This document shows positions 61,501 through 64,000 of a stretch of DNA of 64,000 nt, piece after piece. Below the pieces are notes generated by a model. That model ran no database searches. It was not told the origin of the DNA and saw nothing but the letters and a program-made list of their open reading frames with translations. The stretch lies in NCBI GenBank assembly GCA_002633005.1, contig NMRA01000045.1:1171552-1235551 (forward strand). Reading direction: 5' to 3'. This DNA comes from Phoronis australis. Lineage: Eukaryota; Animalia; Phoronida. A program made the position numbers and the translations under genes. Each line of letters opens with the position of its first letter. Within the stretch, counting starts at the first letter, position 1.

Positions 61501-64000
61501 CTAAAAAATCAAGTTAAGTACGCTAAGTCCTACCGAAGCCATCGCTGGAGACGCAGAAATCTCCGTTGGCAACCAAATCTGTAACTGCACTCAGCTTGAG
61601 GAGGCTGTTCAGAAATGGTGTGTGTGCAAGAGAAGTCGGGGGAAGGTGTGGAGTCTTGCGAGAGGACACCGAGCGTCGACGTGGGTGATGCTGCCTGATG
61701 CGATAAGAGCGCACACACGCGCTGTCAAGACACGCCGCGTGCATGAGGCATGGACAACTACATGTCGTCAGAGTAGAAAGTTTTCCATATAAACCATGCT
61801 TCTATGCTATGAATGCGTGCTGTTGGTCGCGGGAGAAACAAGGCTGCCAAACTCAACGGATTTTTAAACTTGCTGCAGTCCACAACTCAAACAATAAGAG
61901 AAATGACCCAGTGTTCAACATAACAAAATTATTCTAGTGCGTTTCATAGATTCAAACATATCCCTGAATTAAAACTCATGATATTGCTATAGAATTTTAA
62001 TAGAAAGCAATTTTCTTATACACCCTAATTCATTTGGCGAGAATGTTGGCGGTACAGGCACCTGAAAATGTTGAACCGTTACGATAAAAGTCGTTGTTTA
62101 TCCTCGTCGCCAATTGTTATATTCATGTAGATAGTAAGGCAGTGATTTGATATAACACATATATTGCTTGGTGAAGTGATGGTAACTATATATAATATTG
62201 GATTTTTAACAAATAGGTCTACGGTCCTTTTCCACACTGAGTGGAGTGTTTAGGCGACTAAGGCGAGTCACATAAACAATCAACTCATGGTTTTAATGGT
62301 GTGTGGTTGGCACCTCAAGTAACAGCAGATAATAGATCAATGCTAAGCTCCGCCCGTGTGTCAGCCATGTTTTGGTCGTCTGTTGTGATTCACAAGTTCA
62401 CAAAAATGATTAAAATTACTGTCTCATATTTTATAAACATGAAGTAAATATCAGCTTTATTTCTATTACGTCAAAAGAAATTGGAACATTCTGAACGAAT
62501 TTTGACCTTAAATGGAAATCGATGCCCGCTTAACTTCAAAGTCGTTTTTCTTGGCTCCTGATTTCAGGGTGGTGACAAGCTTCTCGGGCCTATTTTTTAA
62601 CAACGCGTGGGTCAATTTTTACGAAATTTGCAAAATATTTGAAATCCTCTATAACTGAAGTACAATCGTGTGCCAGGGTTTTTTGATACATGGACTACAT
62701 TTTTACTTATTGCACAGAAATGACATAATGTGGCATGATTGCTACAACTCTCGCGCAAAAAATGTTTTTGTACATATCATTGGTATGAATTAGTGGAATA
62801 TTGCCTAAGGAAACAGTTGATAATAATCCCAGTGTGTTTTGAAAAAAATCGAGGCAAAATTGGATTTTTTGAAAATCAAAAAGCCCAATATTAAAAAAAC
62901 AAATACAATAAAAACTGTTTTTTGATTTTTGTCACTTCCAGTGTCATGTTTAATAAAACCCTTTTTACTTATTTTGGATAGGAACCTGGAGATTTGACCA
63001 GTGTATACACCCCCCTTAAACATGTTGGCAAATGCGCTGATTTCACAAAATTATCGGAACAATTGTGAATCAAAGGTAATAAATCTTGCAAAACTTTCAA
63101 TGATTTAAACCTCTCTCCAATGTGTTCTTTATTCTTCAGTGAAATTATTTACCTCCAATTTTTTGCCCTGGTCACAATGAGTTAAACGAGTTATACTGGG
63201 AGTTTCCCCAGCGTCGAGTGATGTGATTGGTCAAGGCAGCGCATAGCCTTGATCATGATTTGAATTTTTACATTTGTTTATCGATTTCATTTATGAATGA
63301 ATGTCATTGTTACAAGGAAATCTTAATTGCCCAAGTATTTCTTTGATGCCGAAGTATTTAAGGACACCAACGGCCTAAGGTTTCTTCCTGTGTCTGTAAT
63401 ATATTGATAACCATGTGACTTAGGTGTTTTGATCAGGGTGAGGTGTAATCTGGCATACATAACATTAAGATGAGAATTATCAATCACAGTCCTCAGCAAT
63501 GTGTGGTATACATATATTCTGGGATTGATGCAAAGGTGTTGAAGAATTCCGTCTGCCGTGAAAGTGGCTTGATTGGGAACTTATTTGGACAGACAAGTTT
63601 TGCCCATGCATCGGTTGTAGACTGTACAGTAAGTGCCACCAATGGCCTTGGTAATGCATTATGCTGAAGAGTAACTTGTAGCTGAACATACACTGGGATA
63701 CACATAGCCAGCAATAATTGGTCACCAGTGCAACTAGAAGTAGCAAGTAGAACTTCATTTGTAGGTGGCACAGGTAGCGAGCCAATGAAGCCGTCCATCG
63801 TTTTTGTGAGTGAAAATCAAGAAATTCGATATCTCATCACTAGTGTGTTTCTAGGTAGACATTGCCCTTATTGTTAACCAACGCTAAACACATTTTTGAA
63901 GGATCATTCGAAATTATTATGCTCCACTTTACAAAACTGCAAAAGCGTGTAAACTATATTTTTGCTTCGCACCTGCCATTGCATCTGAATCAGTGACGTC

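Overview
AT-rich, intron-rich animal genomic DNA. The p53-family sequence looks lophotrochozoan (mollusc-like), which is inference. I reconstructed three genes by hand from splice sites and reading-frame continuity. (1) The last coding exon of SNIP1 (+, FHA domain). (2) A complete p53/p63/p73-family gene (-, about 9.4-33.1 kb; 13 coding exons, 616 aa, TAD-DBD-OD-SAM-TI). (3) A PQ-loop lysosomal transporter SLC66A1/PQLC2 (-, 329 aa) whose last intron is U12-type. The most interesting structure is the apparent isoform and feedback circuitry of the p53-family locus. It has an internal deltaN first exon just downstream of a perfect p53 response element, a second perfect element and two near-perfect ones, and an alternative p53-like basic C-terminal exon whose 3' splice site sits in a predicted RNA stem. 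Introns contain a deleted Kolobok transposon (THAP transposase plus KolX/P2X7-ballast-like ORF) with promoter-like TIRs, a five-layer nest of transposons and several MITEs. An intergenic palindrome is a probable P-element excision footprint. No database searches were run, so all family calls rest on motif recognition.
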